Source: Bacillota bacterium (GTDB lineage Bacteria > Bacillota > Clostridia > Acetivibrionales > DTU013). Taken from it: a stretch of DNA of 24,000 nucleotides. Positions 16,841 to 24,000 of the stretch are shown here, in pieces. A program made the position numbers and the translations under genes. Location: assembly GCA_023426125.1 (NCBI GenBank), contig JAFABI010000092.1, positions 1 to 24,000 of the forward strand. Reading direction: 5' to 3'. Numbering within the stretch: the stretch's first letter is position 1; every line of letters begins with the position of its first letter. Below the pieces are notes generated by a model, which was not told the origin of the DNA, ran no database searches, and saw only the letters and a list, made by a program, of their open reading frames with translations.

Positions 16841-16868
16841 ATAGTAAAAGCAAAAGGTGTGATAATTT

Positions 16869-18293
16869 TTGAGTTTTGGATTGATTTCTATATTTATTCC
16901 TATATTGGTCATACTGCTGGCAGCACTTACAAAAAGGATTATTCCGTCCCTTACCATAGGAATTCTTGTTGGTGGGATATTTCTTGGAAAAGGTAACGTT
17001 ATTGATGGTACGATTTTAGCCGTGGAGCATTTAATCAAATCCTCCGCCAGTGAAGAAAGCCTTTATATTGTTTTGTTCTTATTCGTTTTTGGGGCTTTCG
17101 GCGAGATAATGAAGCTATCGGGAGGTATCAAAGGCTTTTCTGAGCTCGCCAATAAGTATGTAAAAACAGAAAAGGGTGCGTTGGGTACAATTTGGCTTGT
17201 CACTCTTTTCACCTTTATTGACTGCTGCTTTCATGTGATTTCATCCGGTACCATCGGGAAAGCATTGATTGATAAGGTCAAAGGGAATAAATATAAGCTG
17301 GCTCATATAGTAAATGTAACGTCCTGCCTTTTAATCATACTGATACCCTTTGGTACGACCTACATCGGGTATATTGTTGGTGTAATCGCTTCGTCTTTAA
17401 ACAAAGTAGGACTTAATGAATCACCCTATAATATGTTTATCAAAAGCATACCCTTTAACTTTTATGCCATTGTTATGCTCCTTATCAGTATTGGCGTAAT
17501 TCTGTTTAATTTCGGCTTTACTAAAATCAATACGAGTATAAGTAAAAAACAACTGGAAGAAAGTGAGCACTCCAGCCACGAAGCTCATGAGCAATGCAAG
17601 TTTGAAGAAAAAGCCCCTCCTCGCCCTTTTAACCTTATTTTACCCCTTTCTTTACTAATCGCTTCAACATTTTTCTTCTTTTGGTATACGGGAAAGGGTA
17701 AAAGCTCCGGTTTTATTAACGCTATTATGAATGCCGAATTTGAAAAATCCATCCTACTTTCGGGAATTTTAACCATTGTCCTGACTTCGGTTTTCTATAT
17801 TTTGCAAAAAATACCCTTGAGAGAAATTGAAAGCCATTTTATATCCGGTGGTAACGAAATTGTACCTCCCATTATTGTACTGATACTAAGCTGGGGGCTT
17901 TCTTCCATCGTGGAAAATCTAGGGTTTGTGGACTTTGTTACCAACATAGTTGGAAATAAAATTCCGGCATTCTTAATTCCTGCAGCTATTTTCTTGACCG
18001 GATGCGCAGCATCATACTTTATGGGATCAGCCTGGGGAACGTGGGCCTTAGTCATGCCGATAGCCCTGCCGCTGGCAGTAAGTACGAATTCAAGTATTCC
18101 CCTTGTTATTGGCGCCGTATTAGCCGGAGGGTCTCTGGGAGATAATGCCTCACCCTTGGGGGAAACGGCAATACTTTCTGCCACAATATCTGATATACCG
18201 ATAATGGAGCATGTCAAATCACAGCTGCCTTTAAGCCTCACAGCAGTTGGTATATCAGCGATGCTTTTCGTGATTACTGCAGTAGTTTTGTAA
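16869..18293 (+). CDS. NhaC-family Na+/H+ antiporter-like transporter
   Basis: 474-aa polytopic membrane ORF of ~11-12 hydrophobic segments, with a central hydrophilic loop (SKKQLEESEHSSHEAHEQCKFEEK). Overall size, N-terminal pattern and the C-terminal GGSLGDNASPLGETAI-type block resemble NhaC/MleN-type antiporters. The start is TTG. The family call rests on recognition alone. Confidence 0.7.
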   Translation: MSFGLISIFIPILVILLAALTKRIIPSLTIGILVGGIFLGKGNVIDGTILAVEHLIKSSASEESLYIVLFLFVFGAFGEIMKLSGGIKGFSELANKYVKTEKGALGTIWLVTLFTFIDCCFHVISSGTIGKALIDKVKGNKYKLAHIVNVTSCLLIILIPFGTTYIGYIVGVIASSLNKVGLNESPYNMFIKSIPFNFYAIVMLLISIGVILFNFGFTKINTSISKKQLEESEHSSHEAHEQCKFEEKAPPRPFNLILPLSLLIASTFFFFWYTGKGKSSGFINAIMNAEFEKSILLSGILTIVLTSVFYILQKIPLREIESHFISGGNEIVPPIIVLILSWGLSSIVENLGFVDFVTNIVGNKIPAFLIPAAIFLTGCAASYFMGSAWGTWALVMPIALPLAVSTNSSIPLVIGAVLAGGSLGDNASPLGETAILSATISDIPIMEHVKSQLPLSLTAVGISAMLFVITAVVL

Positions 18294-18299
18294 TACTAA

Positions 18300-18548
18300 A
18301 TCCAAAATGTATTTAAAAGGATCAGCAGGAGTACCATTTTTCCGTACTTCGAAATGAAGATGTGGGCTTATAATATTTCCGGTGGTTCCAGCTGTTCCGA
18401 TTACATCCCCTTTGGGACTTTTTGACCTTTATCTACCTTTAGAATTCTTCTTAACATTGACAACAGTTATACCCTTGTTGAGGTCGCCTTTGATGAAAAA
18501 TTACAACTTCCACAGGCCTGAAATGATACTGGGTACTTGGTCTTTCAT
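18300..18548 (-). pseudogene. Decayed remnant of an M23/LytM-family metallopeptidase (C-terminal catalytic block only)
   Basis: The minus strand 18416-18300 translates to PKGDVIGTAGTTGNIISPHLHFEVRKNGTPADPFKYILD, the G.TG...PHLHFE.R.NG...DP block. The preceding VDKGQKVPKG block is in another frame, with the shift inside homopolymer runs at 18407-18427. In-frame stops lie at 18431-18429 and 18503-18501. There is no HxxxD block, signal peptide or N-terminal domain. Confidence 0.6.
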
Positions 18549-18565
18549 GAATTTAATGCACTAAC

Positions 18566-18633
18566 AAAAAATATCCCCTATACCATAAAGTATAGGAGAT
18601 ATTTTTTATTTTGCTATCTGCCGAAGGACAGAT
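18566..18633. terminator. Bidirectional intrinsic terminator region between the convergent NhaC-side transcript and the GH20 gene
   Basis: Hairpin 18571-18583 / 18590-18602 (ATATCCCCTATAC / GTATAGGAGATAT) has 13 bp with one mismatch. It is flanked by A5 on the left and T5AT4 on the right, so a U-tract follows on both strands. A second hairpin at 18616-18633 (ATCTGCC-gaa-GGACAGAT, one bulge) is followed by T7 on the plus strand. Confidence 0.7.
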
Positions 18634-18637
18634 TTTT

Positions 18638-21600
18638 TTATTTCCCCAGCAGGTTATACAATACCTGCGATATTTCCGCCCTTGTTGTTTTGCCGAGCGG
18701 AGTGAGCTTTCCGGCATTGCCGCTGACAATTCCCGTTTCCACCAGCAGAGTCATGGCATTGACAGCCCATGAGTCGATCTGCTCTGCATCTGTGAAGTCT
18801 GAGAGGGTCTTTTCCGTGCTGACCTCCGGGAGCTTGCCGATGACCTTGAGGGCATTGTACAACATGGTGAACATCTCTTGACGGGTGATTTCCTTGCCCG
18901 GTGCGTACATATTGCTGCCTACGCCTGCTGTTATGCCCAGCCGTTTTGCAGCTGCCAGGTAGCCTGTATAATAAGCGCTGCCCGCATCTGAGAAGTTGTC
19001 TGCCGGATTTGTATCCGGATCTATGCTATAGGCTTTCATCATCAGTACAAGGAATTCGCCGCGGGTAAGTTTTGCGTCAGGGCTGTAGTTTCCATTACCC
19101 GTACCTGCAGTGATCTCCCTTGCGGCAATAAAGCTTACGGCTTTGTTGTACCATGCGTTTGCCCCCACATCATTGAAGCCTACTTTGTTATACCCTACTG
19201 CATAATAGCTGAAATGTATCACAGTAAATGTCACAGTACCTGCTGCAGGATCAAAACGTCCGTTTGGGACGGAAACCATATTGCCATTGCCGTCTATATA
19301 CCAGATAACGATGCTTTCGGGATTAGCAAGTTCATCCGGCGCAGGATTATATGGTATGGATACAGTAACAGGTGCATTGGGATTGTCCCATTCTACTGCC
19401 TTGCCGTCTACTTTTATTTCAAGATTGATAACCGGTTTGTTCCCGATTTTTTCTTTATACCCGGTATCAAGAATTGAAGCATCCACCGCCGATATATTCA
19501 ACACTACACTTTTCGCCCCGGCTGTATCCTCTGTTTTCAGCATATTTGAGGGCAGTGTAACAGAACCTGTTGCGGTAACAACTTTTACTTTTACATCTGC
19601 TTCATCGGATGTCAATGCGGTTTCAGGCAATTCTACCGAATAACCTTTTGCCCCGTCTGCTTTTGGCACATCTATAGTGACAAGTTTTATACCTTTGCTA
19701 TCCGCCGATGTGCTTTCAAGTGCCTTTTCCAGATGATATTCCTCGATCGGAACTACCGCTGCAATACCTGTCGCTGCATCTACTTTCGGAATTTCCAATA
19801 CTTTTACAGCATCACCTTCTACTTTGATTTTTTCAACTACAGGAGCCGGATTTGACGGCTGCGGAGTTGGTGACGACGGGGCCACTGGTGTACCTCTTAC
19901 TGTCACCCCTGCCGATTCATTTCCGGTTGAATCAACTGTCTTCAGTGTTATGTCGTAGGCGGTCCCATTTGCAAGCCCGGTTATGATCACACTCTGTATT
20001 CCTTTGTTCACATTCTGAACAGTTATTCCAGATCCGGTCACAATTACATGGTCAAAGTCTGCATCCGTAGGATCGGTCCAGGTTATCGTCAGCTGCCCGT
20101 CTCCGGTTGCTACTGTGGCACCTGCCACCTCTGCAGGTGCTGTTGTATCCGGGCCGGCTGTCGGTGTGCCGCTAATACTTACTCCTTTTGATTCGTTTCC
20201 TGCCTGATCCACTGTTTTAAGTGTAATTTCATAATTCCTTCCATTCTCAAGTCCTGTGATTACCGTTTGCTGAACCCCTTTTGCCACATTATGTGCAGTT
20301 ATGGCCGCCCCGGTCACTGTAACATAGTCAAAGTCGGCGTCTGCCGGATCTGTCCAGGTGATTGTCAACTGCCCATCACCTACGGAAACCGATGCCCCTT
20401 CAACCTCTCCGGGTGCTGTTATATCCGGGTCGGCTGTTGGTGTGCCGCTAATACTTACTCCTTCTGATTCGTTTCCTGCCTGATCCACTGTTTTAAGTGT
20501 AATTTCATAGGCGATTCCATTTTCAAGTCCCGTAATTACCGCCCTCTGAACTCCTTTAGCCACATTCTGCATGGTTATGGCGGCACCGGTCACAATTACA
20601 TGGTCAAAGTCGACATCCGTAGGATCGGCCCAGGTTATCGTCAGCTGCCCGTCTCCGGTTGCTACTGTGGCACCTGTCACCTCTGCAGGTGCTGTTGTAT
20701 CAGGCACTTCATCCGCCTTTGGAGTTCCGCTGACAGCTACTCCATCTGATACATTTCCTGCAGCATCTGCTGTTCTCAGCGTTATTTCATATTCGTTTCC
20801 GTTTGTCAGTCCGGTAATAGTTACACTCTGTATTCCCTTGTTCACATTCTGTTCTGCTATACCATCCCCGGTAATGATTACATGGTCAAAGTCTTCATCG
20901 GCAGGATCGGTCCAGCTAATTGTCAACTGTCCGTCTCCGGCTGTTACAACGGCATCAGTCACTTCAGCCGGGGCCGTTGTAACAGGCAACTTTCCATAAA
21001 GCTGGAATTCATGAATCCTGACCGCTGTATACTGGTTAATAGTTGAATCTTCAATCCTCAGTCTGAAGTATCTTCCCAACACAGATGTCCCAAGGGTACG
21101 GTCAACTACCATAGCTTGGCTTGTACTGTTGTCTATATACTCCACCTCGGTCCAGTTATTGGAATTTGCAAGGTAGCTGCTGCTGGCCAGCTGTTCTGCC
21201 GTTGCATTTTTATCCTTCAGGACTTGAAGGGCAAATTTTTCAGTGTTGAATCCGGGAGCCCCGTCACCTTTTTCACCGTGTACCGTTCTCCATCTGCTGA
21301 TTTCGTAATCACTTCCAAGATCAATTGCCAGCCATCCGGTTTTTGCTGCTGCAACACACCATTTGGTCAATTCATTTCCGTCCAGAGCCATGTCCTTGGT
21401 TTCACCCGTGCTGCCATTTCCTGATGCTCCTAAGATGGCTGCATTCTGAGAGACACATAATATTGTTTCATCGGTGGGTGTACCGCTTACTGTCACACCT
21501 GCCGATTCATTACCAGTCGTATCAACAGCCTTCAACGTTATGTTATAGGTAATTCCGTTGGTCAGCCCGGTAATAGTCACACTTTGTATTCCTTTACTTA

Positions 21601-24000
21601 CGTTCTGAGTAATTATACCTTCTCCGGTCACAGTCACATGAACAAAATCTGCATCAGACGGATCTGTCCAGGAGATAGTCAGCTGCCCATCATCGGCTGT
21701 AACAACTGCATCAGCTACATCGGCCGGTGCTGCTGCGTCAGATACGACAGTCACCGTGCATATAGCCGCCAGGCCGTTATGTGTTGTGGCAGTGATCGTT
21801 GCAGTTCCTATACCCACTGCCGTTATTTTCCCCGTCTCATCTACCGTAGCGGCAGCAATATTATCACTTTGCCATACAACACTCTTATCTGGAGCATTGT
21901 CCGGTTTTACCGTTGCAGTCAGGATTGCAGTTGAATTTTCCACAAGAATAAGACTGCTCTCGTTCAAACTGATACTTACAGGGAGTACACCATTATAGAA
22001 TGGCGCATATCCGATCCTGTCAACCTTTTGCTTGAATTGTTCATATGTCTCAGTACTATGATAATATGTTTCAATATCAGTCTTGGCATTCCAAGACTTT
22101 TGCGCCATCGCCCTCAAAGGCTCATATATTCCTGCCGCAACCTGCTCCTGTGTTTGCACATTAGGTTTATCACTCCAGATGGCGAAGGATGCTCCTTTAA
22201 AGTTTTCCGGATATGGCTGCTGCCATTCCCACTGATCTCCCGTATTGGTGGATGGAAACATTCCCGGATGCCAGCTATTAAAAATCTTTGATCCGGTGGG
22301 ATATTTATACCCTGCATTTTCTCCTAATACATAATAGAAATAAGCATCGTTGAAATTGATCAAGTCGTGACCTTCTTCCAGAAACTCCTGCACACTCGCC
22401 ATATTGGTATCCCATCTGGTCCAGTATGTAATCTGGATAGACTTATCAAGTTCAATGTTTTGTGTAATACCCTTGCGGTATACTCCGTCATTCCATATTC
22501 TTGGTATGAAGCCTTTTTCCTTTACATAGGCCGCCATATCATTGATATAATCCACATATGCATCCAATCCAGTTGCATCGGGACCATATTTATTTATTGC
22601 ATACTGTTCAATGACCGGATAACTGCTGAATTTTGAAAAATCAATAAATTCATCGGCACCGATATGGAAGTATTCGCTATCTTTAAATAATTCCGCATAT
22701 TCAGCAATCAAATCTTTAACAAAATTTCTAGCTTGCTCATTTGTAATATCCAGCGCAGTATTAATTTTTCCCCCTTGCGCATTGGACAGTTGAAGTTCCG
22801 GATGGGTCACCAGTGCCTGTTTCATATGTCCCGGAGTATCCAATGAAGGTATGACCTGAATTCCGTATGTTTTTGCCACAGCAAGAAGCTCTCTTATATC
22901 CTCCTTTGTCAGGTATTGTTCAGACATCACCTCAGGATGAGATTCGCATTCTATCCTAAACCCTTCATTTTCCGAAAAATGCAATTGAAGAGTATTCAGC
23001 TTCATCCACGACATCTCCCTGATTCTCTGAATAAGCCAGTCCCTTGTATAGAATTTTCGTCCGATATCAATATGCAGGCTTCTCTCTGCAATATCTGGAT
23101 AATCCACTATTGTTCCGTAATAAATTCCATCGTTGCCTATTATAAGGTTCATAAGCGTGTGTCCGGCATACAAAACAGCATTTTCACTGTTTGCACTGAT
23201 TATTGTCTTGTCGGATATATCGATTTTATAGCCTTCGGTGCTATCCGTCTCACTAACCTGTGTCAGGTTTACAACAATATCTCCTGCCTTTGCTTCCGAA
23301 GCTGCTCCGAAAATAATAGGCATAGCCTGTTTGCCTGGCAGCTCTTTGTCGGCAAATTCCGAAACAAGAAGATTTACTACTTCTTCAAGTCTTGCATTAT
23401 TTGTCGCCATGCTGTTTGTTACTACCAGCATCCTAGAAGACTCATCAAGCATCCATTTTCCATCCATGCTGCTGGCATATTCCTTAACCGTTGGAAGTGT
23501 TTTTTTATTCAAGCCTGGTTTCCCATCGAATTTTACAGCAGCAGCATATTTAACATTTTCATACCCATAAAATTCAATTTCACTTAACATGCATCCCATA
23601 AATGAATACTTCAATTCCGTTACATCAAATTTGAAATAACGTCCTTTTACTGAAGGGAAAGTAGTAGAGTATTTATCCTCATTATTACCAGTTACATTTT
23701 TTATTTCTGTAAAGTCTATACCATCATTCGAGTATGAAATACTAAATTCCGTTGGCATGTAATCTTTACCATACGCGTAGAATTTAAATGCATCCACATC
23801 AACAGCCTTTCCCATATCAACCGTCACATGTGCGGGTATACTGGTTGTACTCGAATAGTTTGTAAAGGTTCCATCAACTACTCTGTCAACATTACTAAAT
23901 TTATCTGCTATAACTACCTTTCCTTTAGACAACAGCCCATATACAGGAATCTCTACAAATGCCCCATCGAAAACCTTGCTGTCGGACATGTATTTAACAA
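18638..24000 (-). CDS. Large S-layer-anchored multidomain glycosidase: CBM32 - GH20 (N-domain plus catalytic) - Big_2 - FN3 - CBM32 - 4x FN3 - unknown domain - 3x SLH; N-terminus lies outside the window
   Basis: Approximate domain positions on the minus strand:
- GH20 catalytic core, ~23105-22090: RSLHIDIGRKF, LNTLQLHFSENEGFRIE, IPSLDTPGHM and FHIGADEF (the D-E catalytic pair).
- F5/8 type C (discoidin) modules, ~23900-23565 and ~21460-20993: ALDGNELTKW ... IHEFQLYG.
- Big_2, ~21990-21750: VVWQSDNIAAATVDETGKITAVGIGTATITA.
- FN3-like modules at ~21740-21465 and 20980-19885.
- Three SLH repeats, ~19185-18641: FNDVGANAWYNKAV, FSDAGSAYYTGYL, FTDAEQIDSWAVNAM.

The frame stays open upstream of the ATG at 23989 (in-frame VKY up to the window edge). 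There is no signal peptide after that Met, so the real start is beyond position 24000. Confidence 0.9.
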   Translation of the reverse strand, partial: VKYMSDSKVFDGAFVEIPVYGLLSKGKVVIADKFSNVDRVVDGTFTNYSSTTSIPAHVTVDMGKAVDVDAFKFYAYGKDYMPTEFSISYSNDGIDFTEIKNVTGNNEDKYSTTFPSVKGRYFKFDVTELKYSFMGCMLSEIEFYGYENVKYAAAVKFDGKPGLNKKTLPTVKEYASSMDGKWMLDESSRMLVVTNSMATNNARLEEVVNLLVSEFADKELPGKQAMPIIFGAASEAKAGDIVVNLTQVSETDSTEGYKIDISDKTIISANSENAVLYAGHTLMNLIIGNDGIYYGTIVDYPDIAERSLHIDIGRKFYTRDWLIQRIREMSWMKLNTLQLHFSENEGFRIECESHPEVMSEQYLTKEDIRELLAVAKTYGIQVIPSLDTPGHMKQALVTHPELQLSNAQGGKINTALDITNEQARNFVKDLIAEYAELFKDSEYFHIGADEFIDFSKFSSYPVIEQYAINKYGPDATGLDAYVDYINDMAAYVKEKGFIPRIWNDGVYRKGITQNIELDKSIQITYWTRWDTNMASVQEFLEEGHDLINFNDAYFYYVLGENAGYKYPTGSKIFNSWHPGMFPSTNTGDQWEWQQPYPENFKGASFAIWSDKPNVQTQEQVAAGIYEPLRAMAQKSWNAKTDIETYYHSTETYEQFKQKVDRIGYAPFYNGVLPVSISLNESSLILVENSTAILTATVKPDNAPDKSVVWQSDNIAAATVDETGKITAVGIGTATITATTHNGLAAICTVTVVSDAAAPADVADAVVTADDGQLTISWTDPSDADFVHVTVTGEGIITQNVSKGIQSVTITGLTNGITYNITLKAVDTTGNESAGVTVSGTPTDETILCVSQNAAILGASGNGSTGETKDMALDGNELTKWCVAAAKTGWLAIDLGSDYEISRWRTVHGEKGDGAPGFNTEKFALQVLKDKNATAEQLASSSYLANSNNWTEVEYIDNSTSQAMVVDRTLGTSVLGRYFRLRIEDSTINQYTAVRIHEFQLYGKLPVTTAPAEVTDAVVTAGDGQLTISWTDPADEDFDHVIITGDGIAEQNVNKGIQSVTITGLTNGNEYEITLRTADAAGNVSDGVAVSGTPKADEVPDTTAPAEVTGATVATGDGQLTITWADPTDVDFDHVIVTGAAITMQNVAKGVQRAVITGLENGIAYEITLKTVDQAGNESEGVSISGTPTADPDITAPGEVEGASVSVGDGQLTITWTDPADADFDYVTVTGAAITAHNVAKGVQQTVITGLENGRNYEITLKTVDQAGNESKGVSISGTPTAGPDTTAPAEVAGATVATGDGQLTITWTDPTDADFDHVIVTGSGITVQNVNKGIQSVIITGLANGTAYDITLKTVDSTGNESAGVTVRGTPVAPSSPTPQPSNPAPVVEKIKVEGDAVKVLEIPKVDAATGIAAVVPIEEYHLEKALESTSADSKGIKLVTIDVPKADGAKGYSVELPETALTSDEADVKVKVVTATGSVTLPSNMLKTEDTAGAKSVVLNISAVDASILDTGYKEKIGNKPVINLEIKVDGKAVEWDNPNAPVTVSIPYNPAPDELANPESIVIWYIDGNGNMVSVPNGRFDPAAGTVTFTVIHFSYYAVGYNKVGFNDVGANAWYNKAVSFIAAREITAGTGNGNYSPDAKLTRGEFLVLMMKAYSIDPDTNPADNFSDAGSAYYTGYLAAAKRLGITAGVGSNMYAPGKEITRQEMFTMLYNALKVIGKLPEVSTEKTLSDFTDAEQIDSWAVNAMTLLVETGIVSGNAGKLTPLGKTTRAEISQVLYNLLGK
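19885..20980 (-). repeat. Four tandem in-frame ~276-bp repeats (FN3-like modules) with near-identical sub-blocks
   Basis: Each repeat encodes TTAPAEV..GDGQLTI(S/T)WTDP.D.DFDHV..TG..I..QNV.KG(I/V)Q...ITGL.NG..Y(E/D)ITLKTVD..GNES.GV...GTP. Positions 20041-20149 and 20593-20701 differ at 4 of 109 nt. Positions 20163-20233 and 20439-20509 differ at 1 of 71 nt. A fifth, more diverged copy lies at ~21465-21740. Confidence 0.9.

Noticed and set aside
18382-18564. The 60-aa plus-strand ORF between the NhaC-family gene and the GH20 gene
   Set aside because: It is the antisense shadow of the M23 peptidase remnant, and it has no RBS.
19885-21740. The 276-bp tandem repeats as a CRISPR array or non-coding satellite
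   Set aside because: The repeats are in frame within one long ORF, encode FN3-like modules and have no unique spacers. The period is far longer than CRISPR repeats.

Overview
The window looks like a chromosomal segment from a low/mid-GC Firmicute (Clostridia- or Paenibacillus-like; inferred from SLH domains, YesMN-type regulators and AGGAGG ribosome-binding sites). All family assignments come from motif recognition by eye; no searches or folding programs were run.

Gene content, left to right:
- (1) A minus-strand pair at 280-2825: a GT28/MGDG-synthase-like glycosyltransferase translationally coupled to an AI-2E family transporter.
- (2) A rearrangement scar at ~2946-2957. A 5'-truncated CrtO-family acyltransferase-like domain (minus strand, in frame with the glycosyltransferase) abuts a 5'-truncated OmpR-type response regulator (plus strand). 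An intact sensor kinase (3110-4174) follows the response-regulator fragment.
- (3) A minus-strand glycan-utilisation operon at 16496-4407: two ABC permeases, a large lipoprotein solute-binding protein, a YesM-like kinase, a YesN-like AraC response regulator and a GH95 alpha-L-fucosidase.
- (4) A ~2.36-kb group II intron inside that operon, in the permease/binding-protein spacer and in the sense orientation. It has a 5' GTGCG, domains V and VI, and an RT-maturase-HNH ORF.
- (5) An NhaC-family transporter on the plus strand.
- (6) A decayed M23 peptidase remnant.
- (7) A gene of more than 1783 codons that runs off the right edge. It encodes an S-layer-anchored GH20 hexosaminidase-type enzyme carrying CBM32, Big_2, five FN3 modules and three SLH domains.

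I found no CRISPR array, rRNA, tRNA, or convincing new defence or toxin system. The reverse transcriptase is explained by the intron. The items most worth a second look are the head-to-head truncation scar with the CrtO-like/GT fusion, the intergenic intron with an atypical 3' end, and the mosaic near-identical FN3 repeats.
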